Of a stretch of 64,000 bases of DNA, positions 28,501-36,895 are shown piece after piece (within the stretch, counting starts at the first letter, position 1; the number at the start of each line of letters is the position of its first letter). The notes beneath the pieces are model-generated. The model was not told where the DNA came from. It ran no database searches and was given only the letters and a program-made list of their open reading frames with translations. The stretch lies in NCBI GenBank assembly GCA_040377305.1, contig JBEIPA010000008.1:1-64000 (forward strand), in the 5' to 3' direction. The position numbers and the translations under genes were made by a program. Source of the DNA: Flavobacteriales bacterium (lineage in GTDB: Bacteria > Bacteroidota > Bacteroidia > Palsa-965).

Positions 28501-28938
28501 GTAATACGCGAGCCCCTTGTTATATTGGCAACCAAACGCATACGGGTATAACTTGATTGCTTCGTCCATAACCGCGACACTTTCATCATAGCGTTTCATT
28601 TCACGCAGAGAAATTGCAGCGAGGTTGTAGAAGCTCACACGCGATTCGGATTCCAATTCAATTCCGTGACGGGCATGAAGCAAACACAAACTGTCTTCAT
28701 TGTCCTCATTGTAAGCATAGCACAGATTGAGCAATGCTGTGATGTAGTTGGTGTCGTTGCGGCTCACTTTCGCGTACGAGCTTGCAGCTTTGTTGTATTT
28801 GCCAATTGCGTAATAGATGTTTCCTTCGAGGATCACCATCGCTGAGTTGACAAGCTCAACATCTTTTTGAGCAGCAAGTTTGTTGGAAAATGTTGCAGAA
28901 AATACAACAAGAATGAGGAGACGAATAAAGTGCTTCAT
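25579..28938 (-). CDS. Large exported TPR + MORN-variant (YwqK-like) repeat protein
   Basis: Signal peptide, N-terminal TPRs, dozens of G.W..YY.NG repeats. Confidence 0.9.
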   Translation of the reverse strand: MKHFIRLLILVVFSATFSNKLAAQKDVELVNSAMVILEGNIYYAIGKYNKAASSYAKVSRNDTNYITALLNLCYAYNEDNEDSLCLLHARHGIELESESRVSFYNLAAISLREMKRYDESVAVMDEAIKLYPYAFGCQYNKGLAYYEAKKFKEAEAAFQECVKLNPYNPMSHYYLGKSAADQGRHIPAILSFEYYLILSTNNDRQDKVVVMVEDLYKNNYDWDPETRLDPDKTGDESFDALLEIVKSGAALKPSYENKTGLNYDFVKVRQMMFEAMEYKSGTGNWWMENYIPFFVDLQAKKHFIAFNYWTMSSISDPKIQKGWKKNKKKIRAFADWIGEYNTKNSKHPALETIGDKTDADISLWDNRMVLGVGHRNPTTKKQYGEWTYFYEKSGLIWCKGPFNAAGKYEGTWTYYFENGNVKERTVYKNGLKEGESELWWSNGEKRSSYTYKMDKPEGDFVSYKYSGAKDMAGSFKMGLLNGPCTLYYSNDKERVVTNYTNGKLNGDLKSYYWNGQLSKESKVTLDKKNGESKEYYSDGKIYSEGVFKGDLAFGPWKLYHRNGKIAREGTYKVAGKREGLWKEYHENGNVAREANYKAGKLQGTLTTYDNNGVKTNEKVYKADVLTKDTWFNTKGNVLATANITKGEVLVTEYYPNGAEQGRGNYYNGAKQGEWIYYDENGWKNSTVNYYQDLLDGSYKVYHPNGKVAFETEYKYGFEHGYRKTWHINGEIASEGWLQYDSRQGDWYEYNARGLQVQHSYYLNNSEYGTQEFSDARGRRREEVKLKRNIGVLRTMYDSTGKVEYEMKAPNGTGDFNPTYKNGKSWHAGKYLRGFRNGEYKKYDWNGRVIWEGTYVMGDLEGKRKVSYEFTDALYNEVELREGELNGVSVGYWENGQKRFEENFVDGAEVGEQRYFHDNGQLQRSYTIVDGEIDGESKVYSHDGKLMWVRYYSQGKLKGYAYEGTDGNMVAMKEIEEGDAKIEAYYANGKKSIEGTLENGEVNGRWVEYYTDGSVAKEEVYDFGQRNGIQKAYYSNGKPKSIETYYYGQIDGECRYYYDNGNTKRVESWILDQEWNRWYFYNEQGQLTTTRLFYGGVQQDEVVVPIEAPKDTKKPKAKGK

Positions 28939-28985
28939 AGGGTCAGGTTAAGTCTCAAATTTAATAAACGATTCGGGTCTTTTGG

Positions 28986-29096
28986 CAACATTTTCAAAGT
29001 TTGGGAGGGATTTACTCATTAACCTTCAACAACTTTTCCAAAGTTTGGGATGAATAGGCTCAACAACCCTCGTCAACTTTGGAAAAGTTTGGGAGG
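28986..29096. repeat. Three 23-bp palindromic units with an exact 44-bp period (BIME-like)
   Basis: Units start at 28986, 29030 and 29074: CAAC-N6-AAAGTTTGGGA(G/T)G. Confidence 0.8.
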
Positions 29097-29507
29097 TTAC
29101 AGCGCCGATATGCAGAACTTGATTTCCTCAATGGCATTCCTACGGGAAATGGAGAAATTACCTTGATCTGCGGACTCTACGTACTCGTAAAGTGCGAGCG
29201 ATTTAACATATCGGTCCTTGGCAGCGCGCTGATCTGAGTCCATGAGCAGATCTGCTTCGGTGCGCACTCCGCCTGCGAAAACTTCAATTTGCGCTGCCGT
29301 ATAACCGTCCTCGATGAGTTTACGGAGAATCTGGCTGGGCATCAAATGATCCAGCATTTGGGCGTCATTTCCGAAAAACGTGGAATAAGAATCGCGAATA
29401 GTCCGTAGAGCTTCATCGCGACGACCTTTGGCATTCAGCTGCATAGCTGTACCCAACACTTTTGCGAACTCATCAATCATTCGCTGTATGTAGTCTCTTC
29501 TCAGCAT
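29097..29507 (-). CDS. Small helical hypothetical protein (DUF6483-like)
   Basis: MLRRDYIQRMIDEFAKVL N terminus; operonic spacing. Confidence 0.65.
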   Translation of the reverse strand: MLRRDYIQRMIDEFAKVLGTAMQLNAKGRRDEALRTIRDSYSTFFGNDAQMLDHLMPSQILRKLIEDGYTAAQIEVFAGGVRTEADLLMDSDQRAAKDRYVKSLALYEYVESADQGNFSISRRNAIEEIKFCISAL

Positions 29508-29508
29508 T

Positions 29509-30075
29509 TCACAAATGTGTAGGTCGTTTCGGTGGGGGAACTCTGCGCATTCCTATCGGATAGTTAAATCCAATGGAGAATTTCGATCCTTCGGTGATGA
29601 CTGGTGTATCGGAATTTCCCTTTACAAAATTGTATCCGACGTAAACGAAAACCACGCTGAGTACATTGAATCCACCTTCAATTCCGATGACGCCGCTGGA
29701 ATTTCCGTCTTGCATGTAGTAGCCGTAGCTCACCCTTCCACCCAGAAATACACTCGAAAATTCCATGGACAATTTTGGTGCGATGATGAGTGAAGAATCG
29801 TAACCCATATCGGCACCAAATGTGAATGAAGCCGCTGCTGCTGTTGTTCCTTTTCCGAAAGCATTGTAGTGTTGCAATCGCGCCATACGACCGAATCCAA
29901 GTTCAATAAAACTCGCCGATTCCTGTTGATTGTACGCTGCTCGTCCTACCCAACCACGCTCGGAAACTGTTGTGTCGTAGTATTTGCGTTGTTGAGACCC
30001 GGAACCAGGAAAATGAGTTGCAGATGCCGAAGCGCTCAGCGTGAAAATCAAAATGAATGTGAGAACGTTTCGCAT
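29509..30075 (-). CDS. Hypothetical outer-membrane beta-barrel-like protein
   Basis: Signal peptide; amphipathic strands with aromatic residues. Confidence 0.65.
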   Translation of the reverse strand: MRNVLTFILIFTLSASASATHFPGSGSQQRKYYDTTVSERGWVGRAAYNQQESASFIELGFGRMARLQHYNAFGKGTTAAAASFTFGADMGYDSSLIIAPKLSMEFSSVFLGGRVSYGYYMQDGNSSGVIGIEGGFNVLSVVFVYVGYNFVKGNSDTPVITEGSKFSIGFNYPIGMRRVPPPKRPTHL

Positions 30076-30085
30076 GGTAAGTGAA

Positions 30086-30898
30086 TTACCATTTACCGCT
30101 TACGCCGCCGCCGCCAAAACTTCCACCACCGAAACCGCCAAAGCCGCCACCACCGCCGCCGCCCCATGATGAACCGCCGCCCCATGAAGAACCGCCAACG
30201 AATCCGCCACCAAAACCACGACCCATTGTGAATCCGCCTCCGCCACCACCCTTTTTCACAATGCGAATCATGATAATCAGGAGGATAACCAGCAACAGAA
30301 TCGTTTTCCAGGAAATTCCTTTCGACTTCTTCGCTGCTGCACCATCGTCGTATGCGTCTTTGGCCATTGCCATGAGCGCATCCGTTCCCTGGTCAAGCGC
30401 ATCATAAAACTTTTGCTCCTGAAAGAGCGGGACAATGATATCGTCCTTTACGTGAACATTTCGTGTTGCATTGATCTTGGGCTGCAATCCTTCACCTACC
30501 GCAATTGCAATGTCGCGCTGACCTTCGCCACCTGTCGGCTTTACAAGGATCACTACGCCATTGTCGTGTTCCGCTGTTCCGACTGCCCACTTCTCTCCAA
30601 GCTCGGTTGCAAAATCAATTGCACGCCATCCCTGAAGATCATCAACAATAACAATGGTTATCTGATTGGAAGTTTCATTGTTGAATGCAACTAGTTTGTC
30701 CTCGAGTGCCTGTTCTTCGGAGGCAGAAAGAAAATCGGGAAATTCCGTCGATAAATTATTCACCAAACGTGGTGGAGAAGGCTGATCCGGAATCCCTTTC
30801 CATTTGTCGGTAGACACTTGTGCTACTAACGAAGAGAAGCTCAGCATCAGCATGAACAATCCTGCGAGCAAATAACGGGTCAGGTTTTTCATAGGCAC
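30086..30898 (-). CDS. TPM domain protein with Gly-rich tail (YgcG-like)
   Basis: DNGVVILV, IAVGEGL, TM, GGFGGGSFGGGGVSGKW. Confidence 0.9.
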   Translation of the reverse strand: MPMKNLTRYLLAGLFMLMLSFSSLVAQVSTDKWKGIPDQPSPPRLVNNLSTEFPDFLSASEEQALEDKLVAFNNETSNQITIVIVDDLQGWRAIDFATELGEKWAVGTAEHDNGVVILVKPTGGEGQRDIAIAVGEGLQPKINATRNVHVKDDIIVPLFQEQKFYDALDQGTDALMAMAKDAYDDGAAAKKSKGISWKTILLLVILLIIMIRIVKKGGGGGGFTMGRGFGGGFVGGSSWGGGSSWGGGGGGGFGGFGGGSFGGGGVSGKW

Positions 30899-31336
30899 TT
30901 AGCCGAAGCTGATATCGTTTGACAATTCATCAGGATTTGCATCCGTCTTCGGAAAATGTTGTTCAAGTGGAACAGCACATTGAGTAACCGCGTCTGCAAT
31001 TCCATCGGCGTAGCGGTTGTCTTTGAAACAGGCAATGGCATGATCTAAAGTCGACTGCCAGAAATCTGTTGGAACTTTTGCATTGATTCCTGTATCACCG
31101 ATAATCGCAATCTTGTGAGATTTAACCGCGATATAAATCAATACGCCCGTACGTTCTGCAGTCTTGTCCATTCCCAATTGAATGAACAAATCTTCCGCGT
31201 GTTTCTTCGCATCAATCCAGCACCAGTTCTCCAAATGCACCCGGATTTCTCCTACGGTACGTTTTTCAGCCTCTTCAATTGCAGAGACAATTTTCTGTTT
31301 CTCCGTTTCCGTAAGAAAATCTGCTGCTGACGACAT
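30899..31336 (-). CDS. TPM domain protein
   Basis: AEKRTVGEIRVH, RTGVLIY, GDTGI, DELS. Confidence 0.9.
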   Translation of the reverse strand: MSSAADFLTETEKQKIVSAIEEAEKRTVGEIRVHLENWCWIDAKKHAEDLFIQLGMDKTAERTGVLIYIAVKSHKIAIIGDTGINAKVPTDFWQSTLDHAIACFKDNRYADGIADAVTQCAVPLEQHFPKTDANPDELSNDISFG

Positions 31337-31341
31337 GGCGT

Positions 31342-31941
31342 TTATTTAAAATCGAATTCAACTTTCGGTGCATTCTCCGCACCTGCGTCTGCCTCGAAAT
31401 AAGGCATGGTTTTGAATCCGAATAGTCCCGCCCACATGTTACGCGGGAAGCGCTGCACCTGCACATTGTATTCACCGGTTAAAGCGTTGTAATCTGTGCG
31501 TGCTTTCTTAATCATGTTTTCAGTTTCGGAAATCTCGGCACGCAATTCTGTAAAAGCGCCATTAGCCTGCAGTGTCGGATATGCTTCAGCAACTACTAAA
31601 AGTCGCCCTAACGCAGATGACACGTTGTTCTGTGCCGACTGAAACTGCTGCATGGATTCTTCATTCAGATTTTCCGGACTGATTTTTACCTGAGTTGCAC
31701 TCGCACGTGCATTGATCACCGCTTCAAGTGTAGATTTTTCAAAATCAGCCTGCCCTTGCACGGTTGCAACAAGGTTTGGAATTTTGTCGAGACGCAATTG
31801 ATACGCCGCCTCCACATTCTGCCACTCGGCACGAACCTGTTCACGCGATGTTACCAACGTGTTGTATGTACTGCATCCGTTCATACCTACGATGGCTAAA
31901 AAGATGACTAAAATGATGAGGATGATGGAACCGCGTTTCAT
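31342..31941 (-). CDS. lemA: LemA family protein
   Basis: YN.LV...W.NVEAAYQ.R.D.IPNLV, EAYP.L.AN..F, FP.N. Confidence 0.95.
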   Translation of the reverse strand: MKRGSIILIILVIFLAIVGMNGCSTYNTLVTSREQVRAEWQNVEAAYQLRLDKIPNLVATVQGQADFEKSTLEAVINARASATQVKISPENLNEESMQQFQSAQNNVSSALGRLLVVAEAYPTLQANGAFTELRAEISETENMIKKARTDYNALTGEYNVQVQRFPRNMWAGLFGFKTMPYFEADAGAENAPKVEFDFK

Positions 31942-31989
31942 TGGGTTTGGTGTTTTAGGTAATGTCGTTTAAAGGTAGCTTTTTAGTCT

Positions 31990-32088
31990 GGAGATGGGAG
32001 TTGGGATACGGGAGTAAATGAATGTCAAGCACATACATTGCCAGAAAACGTTCTTCACTCCCGTCTCCTATCTCATAACTCCGATCTA
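31990..32088. repeat. Inverted heptamer array (GGAGATG/GGAGTTG family) at the htpG stop
   Basis: GGAGATGGGAGTTGGGATACGGGAGT versus ACTCCCGTCTCCTATCTCATAACTCC. Confidence 0.7.
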
Positions 32089-33972
32089 TTTAATAAGTTC
32101 CACGCTCCGCTTAATAAACTTCGTCAATTCCTCACCTTTCAGCAAGCCCTGAGCGAGCAACGCCAGATCAGCGGACTGTTTGATGAGTTGTTTCTTCGTA
32201 TCGGCATCTTTCTCGCCAACGATTTTCGTTACCAGCGGGTGATTTGTATTTACGATAAGGTTGTGCGTCTCCGGCATGTTACCGAACATGTTCATTCCTC
32301 CTCCGCCCAGTGCGCTCATGTCCTTCATGCGACGCATAAATTCGGGACGAGTAACGAGCATCGGTGAATCCGTTTCGCTGAGCGATTCGAACATCACGTT
32401 GTATTGTTCCTTCGGAAGTTGTTCTTCAACGAGCGGACGTAATGCATCACGTTCTTCATCGGAAAGTTTGGATGGCATTCCATCGTCTTTCTTGATGAGC
32501 TTCTCGATTGTATCAGAATCCACACGAACGAACTGGGAATTTTCCAATTTGCTCTCGAGGAAATTGATGAAGTGCGGATCGATCATGCTGTCCATCACAA
32601 CCACTTCGTATCCGCGCTCACGGGCAGAAGAAATGTACGTGTGTTGTGTATTGACATCGCTCGCGTAGAGATATACGAGTTTCTCTTCCTTGTTCGTCTG
32701 CAAAGGCTTGATCTTCGCTTCGAATTCTTCCAGCGTGAACATTTTGCCTTCTGTAGTTCTGAGAAGCGCAAATTTCTTCGCTTTGTCCCAGAATTTATCG
32801 TCGCTCAGCATGCCGTATTGAATAAACATGCGAATGTCTTCGTATTTCTTCTCGAAGTCTTCACGATCTTTCTTGAAAAGCTCCTCGAGTTTGTCAGCAA
32901 CCTTCTTCGTGACGTGAGAAGAAATCTTCTTCACGTTACCATCGCTCTGCAAATACGAACGCGATACGTTGAGCGGAATATCCGGTGAATCAATTACACC
33001 ACGAAGCAATGTCAGAAAATCCGGAACAATCTGCTCCACCGAATCCGTTACGAAAACCTGATTCGAGTAAAGCTGAATTTTGTCTTTCTGCATCTCGAAG
33101 CTCTTCTTGAGTTTCGGGAAATACAAAACGCCCGTTAAGTTGAATGGGTAATCCACATTCAGGTGAATCCAGAAGAGCGGCTCTTCGAAATTCATCGGGT
33201 ACAATTCGCGATAGAAATTCTTGTAGTCTTCGTCAGTGAGATCGGCTGGTTTCTTTGTCCATGCCGGAGCCGGATTGTTGATTTGTTCCGGAGAAGTCAC
33301 TTCGGTTTCTTCACCAGCTTCGTTCTTCACTTTCTCGGTTTTCTCTCCGAAGAAAATCGGAACCGGGAGGAAGCGGCAATACTTCTCGAGAATTCCACCG
33401 AGGCGGCTTTCTTCGAGAAACTCCAGCGAATCATCAGCAACATGGAGGATGATGTCCGTACCACGGTGCTCACGAGATGCAGGAGTCAGCGTATACTCCG
33501 GAGAACCATCGCATTCCCAGCGAACGGCTTCTGCTCCTTCTTTAAAACTCTTCGTAACGAGTTCCACTTTCGCGGCAACCATAAACGCGGAGTAAAATCC
33601 GAGTCCGAAATGACCGATGATGCTATTTACAGCATCTGTCTTGTCTTTGTACTTCTGCACAAATTCTTCAGCACCGGAAAACGCAACCTGTGCGATATAT
33701 TTTTCCACTTCCTCCCCGGTCATGCCTAGTCCGCGGTCGGAAATAGTAATTGTCTTTTTGTCCTTATCGACTGCCACCTTGACAAACATTTCGCCGAGAT
33801 CGCCTTTCGCTTCGCCCATTGCAGATAGCGCCTGAATCTTCTTCGTAGCGTCTACCGCGTTCGAGACAAGCTCTCGCAGGAAGATTTCATGATCAGAATA
33901 GAGGAACTTCTTAATGATCGGGAATATGTTCTCGGTTGAGACGTTGATTTTGCCGGTTGTAGTGGTTGACAT
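32086..33972 (-). CDS. htpG: Molecular chaperone HtpG (Hsp90)
   Basis: LYSDHEIFLRELVSNAVDA, DRGLGM, IGHFGLGFYSAF, DIPLNVSRS. Confidence 0.97.
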   Translation of the reverse strand: MSTTTTGKINVSTENIFPIIKKFLYSDHEIFLRELVSNAVDATKKIQALSAMGEAKGDLGEMFVKVAVDKDKKTITISDRGLGMTGEEVEKYIAQVAFSGAEEFVQKYKDKTDAVNSIIGHFGLGFYSAFMVAAKVELVTKSFKEGAEAVRWECDGSPEYTLTPASREHRGTDIILHVADDSLEFLEESRLGGILEKYCRFLPVPIFFGEKTEKVKNEAGEETEVTSPEQINNPAPAWTKKPADLTDEDYKNFYRELYPMNFEEPLFWIHLNVDYPFNLTGVLYFPKLKKSFEMQKDKIQLYSNQVFVTDSVEQIVPDFLTLLRGVIDSPDIPLNVSRSYLQSDGNVKKISSHVTKKVADKLEELFKKDREDFEKKYEDIRMFIQYGMLSDDKFWDKAKKFALLRTTEGKMFTLEEFEAKIKPLQTNKEEKLVYLYASDVNTQHTYISSARERGYEVVVMDSMIDPHFINFLESKLENSQFVRVDSDTIEKLIKKDDGMPSKLSDEERDALRPLVEEQLPKEQYNVMFESLSETDSPMLVTRPEFMRRMKDMSALGGGGMNMFGNMPETHNLIVNTNHPLVTKIVGEKDADTKKQLIKQSADLALLAQGLLKGEELTKFIKRSVELIK

Positions 33973-34007
33973 GGTGTGTTTTTTTTACTGATTTACGGTT
34001 GCAGAGG

Positions 34008-34047
34008 GCGAAATACGTGCCAATGGCAGTTATATGACAACATGGCA
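34008..34047 (-). promoter_or_regulatory. Putative sigma-54 promoter of htpG with adjacent TGCCA/TGTCA boxes
   Basis: Minus strand TTGGCACGTATTTCGC matches TGGCACG-N4-TTGC spacing; three TG(C/T)CA boxes immediately upstream. Confidence 0.55.
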
Positions 34048-34141
34048 TCGAATACTACTATGGTGTGAACGTTGAGGTTGCTTCACGTCACTTCTGGTTA
34101 CCTTTACATCAGTTGCGCCATTAAATCATAAACGCTGTAAT

Positions 34142-35659
34142 ATGATTGCCAACACTTCTGCCCGATTTCTGATTCTGACTACACTTTCGCTGCTCCTTAA
34201 CCTTGGAGTCAACGCACAAAATTCTGCCAACGGAAACATTGTTGTCGACGACACGGTTAAACTCGAAGTCATTCGATTATTTCCGGATTCCTTCCCAAAT
34301 GTATCAGTGATTTTCCGTGCATCGGGTCCAAATGGTCACGCCATTTACAACCTGGATAGTTCCAACGTTCATGTAACGGAAAATGATCTTGACTGCAAAG
34401 TTGTTTCTGTGAAGCGGATCTCAAAAGATTGGGCGGTGAATACTGCACTGGTAGTTGATCACTCCGGTTCGATGCGCATGGATGATGTGCTGAGAAAACA
34501 TTGGGACAGTCTTCCTGCAAACGTTTGGAAGACCGAAAAACGAACAATGCGACAGTATACCAATGGCGAAGTGGACAGTGACTCCACGTTTACAGTTCGC
34601 GTTGCCCCTCAGGACCCTTCCTGGTATCACACCCCGTTGTGGTATGCGCAACATGCAGCTACATCGTACGTCAACAAAACAGATCCGGCGAAAGACAAAA
34701 ACTGTCTGGTGGGATTTTCAACCGACGTTGATGTGACTTTACCGCTGAGCGGCTCACAATCATCGATTACCAATAGCATCTATGGCCTTGAACCAACCGG
34801 TGAAACGGCATTTTATGATGCCGTGAGTCGCGCGATCGATGAAGCCGATAAAGGTGACGGGATTCGGGTTGTAATTGCCATGACCGATGGAAAGGATAAT
34901 AATTCCCGTCAATCACTCGCTGCTATTATTGCGAAATCAAAAGCCAAAAATGTTCCTGTGTACGTAATTGGCTTAGGTGATGTTGATCAGTCTCCACTCA
35001 AACGTCTTGCGCGTGAAACAGGAGGACTTTCTTACTTCACGAACGACGCCTCTACTTTGTCCGACATCTACAAGCGCATCACTTTAGAAATACAATCAAT
35101 TTATGAAGTCGTTTATGAATCGCCCTCCATGTCAATGAACGACTCTGCACGGAATTGTCAACTCTTCTTTGATGTCGAGAGTAAATACTTTTCTTCCCGA
35201 ACACTCTCATTCGTGCTACCCAAAGAAGTGGTGGAACGCATTAATGCGAAAGAAGCACAAATCGCGGCGCAGGCTCTTCCCGTTGAGGTAGCTGAACCAG
35301 TTGCCCGACCCGAAATTCCATGGGGCTTAGTCGGCATCGGCGTTACGGTTTTAGCCGCTGGTGTTTTATCGGCGCGCTACATGAATCGCGACAAAAAGAA
35401 AACGCGCCTGGAAATTGTAAATATCTATCCGAATCCGACGAGTGGACCGCTTACAATTGACTTGAATAAAGATGCAGGAGTAGCGGGAAGTACATTGATC
35501 ATACGGAATAACACAGGCGCAGAAGTGATGAGAAGTTCGCTCAGCGCAGGAATGTCGCATACTGTAGATGTTAGCTCGCTGGAGAACGGCAGTTATTCTG
35601 TGACGGTTGTGGCGGGTGTGGATGTTAGTTTCACGAAGACGTTTGTTGTGGTGAAGTAA
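34142..35659 (+). CDS. VWA domain protein with a TM helix and a T9SS-like C-terminal domain
   Basis: DHSGSM, TAFYDA and TDG MIDAS residues; hydrophobic WGLVGIGVTVLAAGVLSA; IYPNPTSG...GSY. Confidence 0.85.
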   Translation: MIANTSARFLILTTLSLLLNLGVNAQNSANGNIVVDDTVKLEVIRLFPDSFPNVSVIFRASGPNGHAIYNLDSSNVHVTENDLDCKVVSVKRISKDWAVNTALVVDHSGSMRMDDVLRKHWDSLPANVWKTEKRTMRQYTNGEVDSDSTFTVRVAPQDPSWYHTPLWYAQHAATSYVNKTDPAKDKNCLVGFSTDVDVTLPLSGSQSSITNSIYGLEPTGETAFYDAVSRAIDEADKGDGIRVVIAMTDGKDNNSRQSLAAIIAKSKAKNVPVYVIGLGDVDQSPLKRLARETGGLSYFTNDASTLSDIYKRITLEIQSIYEVVYESPSMSMNDSARNCQLFFDVESKYFSSRTLSFVLPKEVVERINAKEAQIAAQALPVEVAEPVARPEIPWGLVGIGVTVLAAGVLSARYMNRDKKKTRLEIVNIYPNPTSGPLTIDLNKDAGVAGSTLIIRNNTGAEVMRSSLSAGMSHTVDVSSLENGSYSVTVVAGVDVSFTKTFVVVK

Positions 35660-35800
35660 CCCTGTAAGCGTTTAACTCCTGCAGGGTGTAACAACCGGAA
35701 TTATCCGTTTTCAAACGTTTGCTACCGACTAGTGCGAAATTGTTGTCGTAACTCGCGCGCACGCGCATAACCCTGCAAGCGTTTAACTCCTGCAGGGTTA
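35657..35800. repeat. Two 31-bp palindromic REP-like direct repeats
   Basis: TAACCCTG(T/C)AAGCGTTTAACTCCTGCAGGGT at 35657 and 35768 (30/31). Confidence 0.85.
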
Positions 35801-35852
35801 GAATTCCCGCCACTTGTCGCCCACCCACCACACTTTTGTCGTAACTTAGCAC

Positions 35853-36278
35853 ATGGCCAAATCCAAACGCCCCGAATCCTCTATGTCGTTCAACTCCATG
35901 GACGACAAATCAACGCGATCACTCATCGACACCGCCCGAGAAGGAATTCCGTTTACCCAGTTCCTGAACATTGCGCAGGCAAGTCCGTTCACGATCACCG
36001 AATGGTCGAATTACTTACACGTGTCTGAACGCACCATGCAACGCTACAAAAAAGAGAAGCGCACGTTCGACACACTGCAATCGGAAAAGATTCTGCACAT
36101 CACCTTGCTTTACAACACGGGCATTGAGCTTTTCGGTACCGACGAGAAATTCAACAAGTGGCTCGAGAGCGACAACCTTGTCCTCCATTGCAAACCGAAA
36201 GATTTACTCGATAGCATGTTCGGAATCGGAATGCTACGCGATGAGTTGACGAGAATTGAACACGGCATTCTCGCATGA
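35853..36278 (+). CDS. Xre/MbcA/ParS-family antitoxin
   Basis: HTH SERTMQRYKK; F..WL...N..L..KP.DLL...G...L..EL.RIEHG. Confidence 0.9.
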   Translation: MAKSKRPESSMSFNSMDDKSTRSLIDTAREGIPFTQFLNIAQASPFTITEWSNYLHVSERTMQRYKKEKRTFDTLQSEKILHITLLYNTGIELFGTDEKFNKWLESDNLVLHCKPKDLLDSMFGIGMLRDELTRIEHGILA

Positions 36279-36733
36279 TCGTTTTCCGTCTCAGTAAAAC
36301 AAAGTTCGCACGCGATCTCTCCGGTAAAGGAGCAGAAATCGCTGGTGGACGCTGGAACAGCAAAGGCATTCCGGTGATTTACTGTGGCGCGTCGCGAGCT
36401 TTGTGTACAACGGAAATTGCAGTACACACTCCGCTTGGAAATATTCCGGAAGACTATCAGATTGTCTCAATCAAAATTCCGGATATCGGCTTTTATGAAA
36501 TTCCGGAATCAAAGCTTCCGAAAAACTGGAGAGTGTTTCCGCATTCCATCGACACACAGAAACTCGGTGATCAGTTTGTAAAAGCAAACAAACATCTGGT
36601 GATGCGTGTTCCGTCGGCTGTTGTGCAGGGCGATTTCAATTTCATCATCAATCCACGACACAAAGATTTTTCAAAAGTTAAAATACAGAATGTGCAGGCG
36701 TTTTCGTTTGATGAGAGGCTGTTTAAGAAGTAA
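36275..36733 (+). CDS. RES domain toxin
   Basis: VFRL, GGRWN, E, VPSAVV, NFIINP; ATGA overlap with the antitoxin. Confidence 0.92.
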   Translation: MIVFRLSKTKFARDLSGKGAEIAGGRWNSKGIPVIYCGASRALCTTEIAVHTPLGNIPEDYQIVSIKIPDIGFYEIPESKLPKNWRVFPHSIDTQKLGDQFVKANKHLVMRVPSAVVQGDFNFIINPRHKDFSKVKIQNVQAFSFDERLFKK

Positions 36734-36895
36734 TCGAGTACATATCTTTATGATGGAATTACGAAATGATAGGATGATAAGATGATACTACTATCGTTTG
36801 ACAGTTGAAGAAGAAAAAGTGGGGACATTTCAATGATCGGTCCAAACTTTTGATCTTTGTGAAACCAAAAAAGTGGAAACTAAAATATAGAGTAC

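Noticed and set aside
28986-29096. Possible mini-CRISPR array
   Set aside because: Only three degenerate units, 21-nt spacers that resemble each other, and no cas genes nearby
30081-30407. Pro-rich plus-strand ORF
   Set aside because: Antisense shadow of the Gly-rich TPM tail
35657-35800. Two 31-bp repeats as a CRISPR
   Set aside because: Only two units with an 80-nt spacer; they fit REP palindromes better
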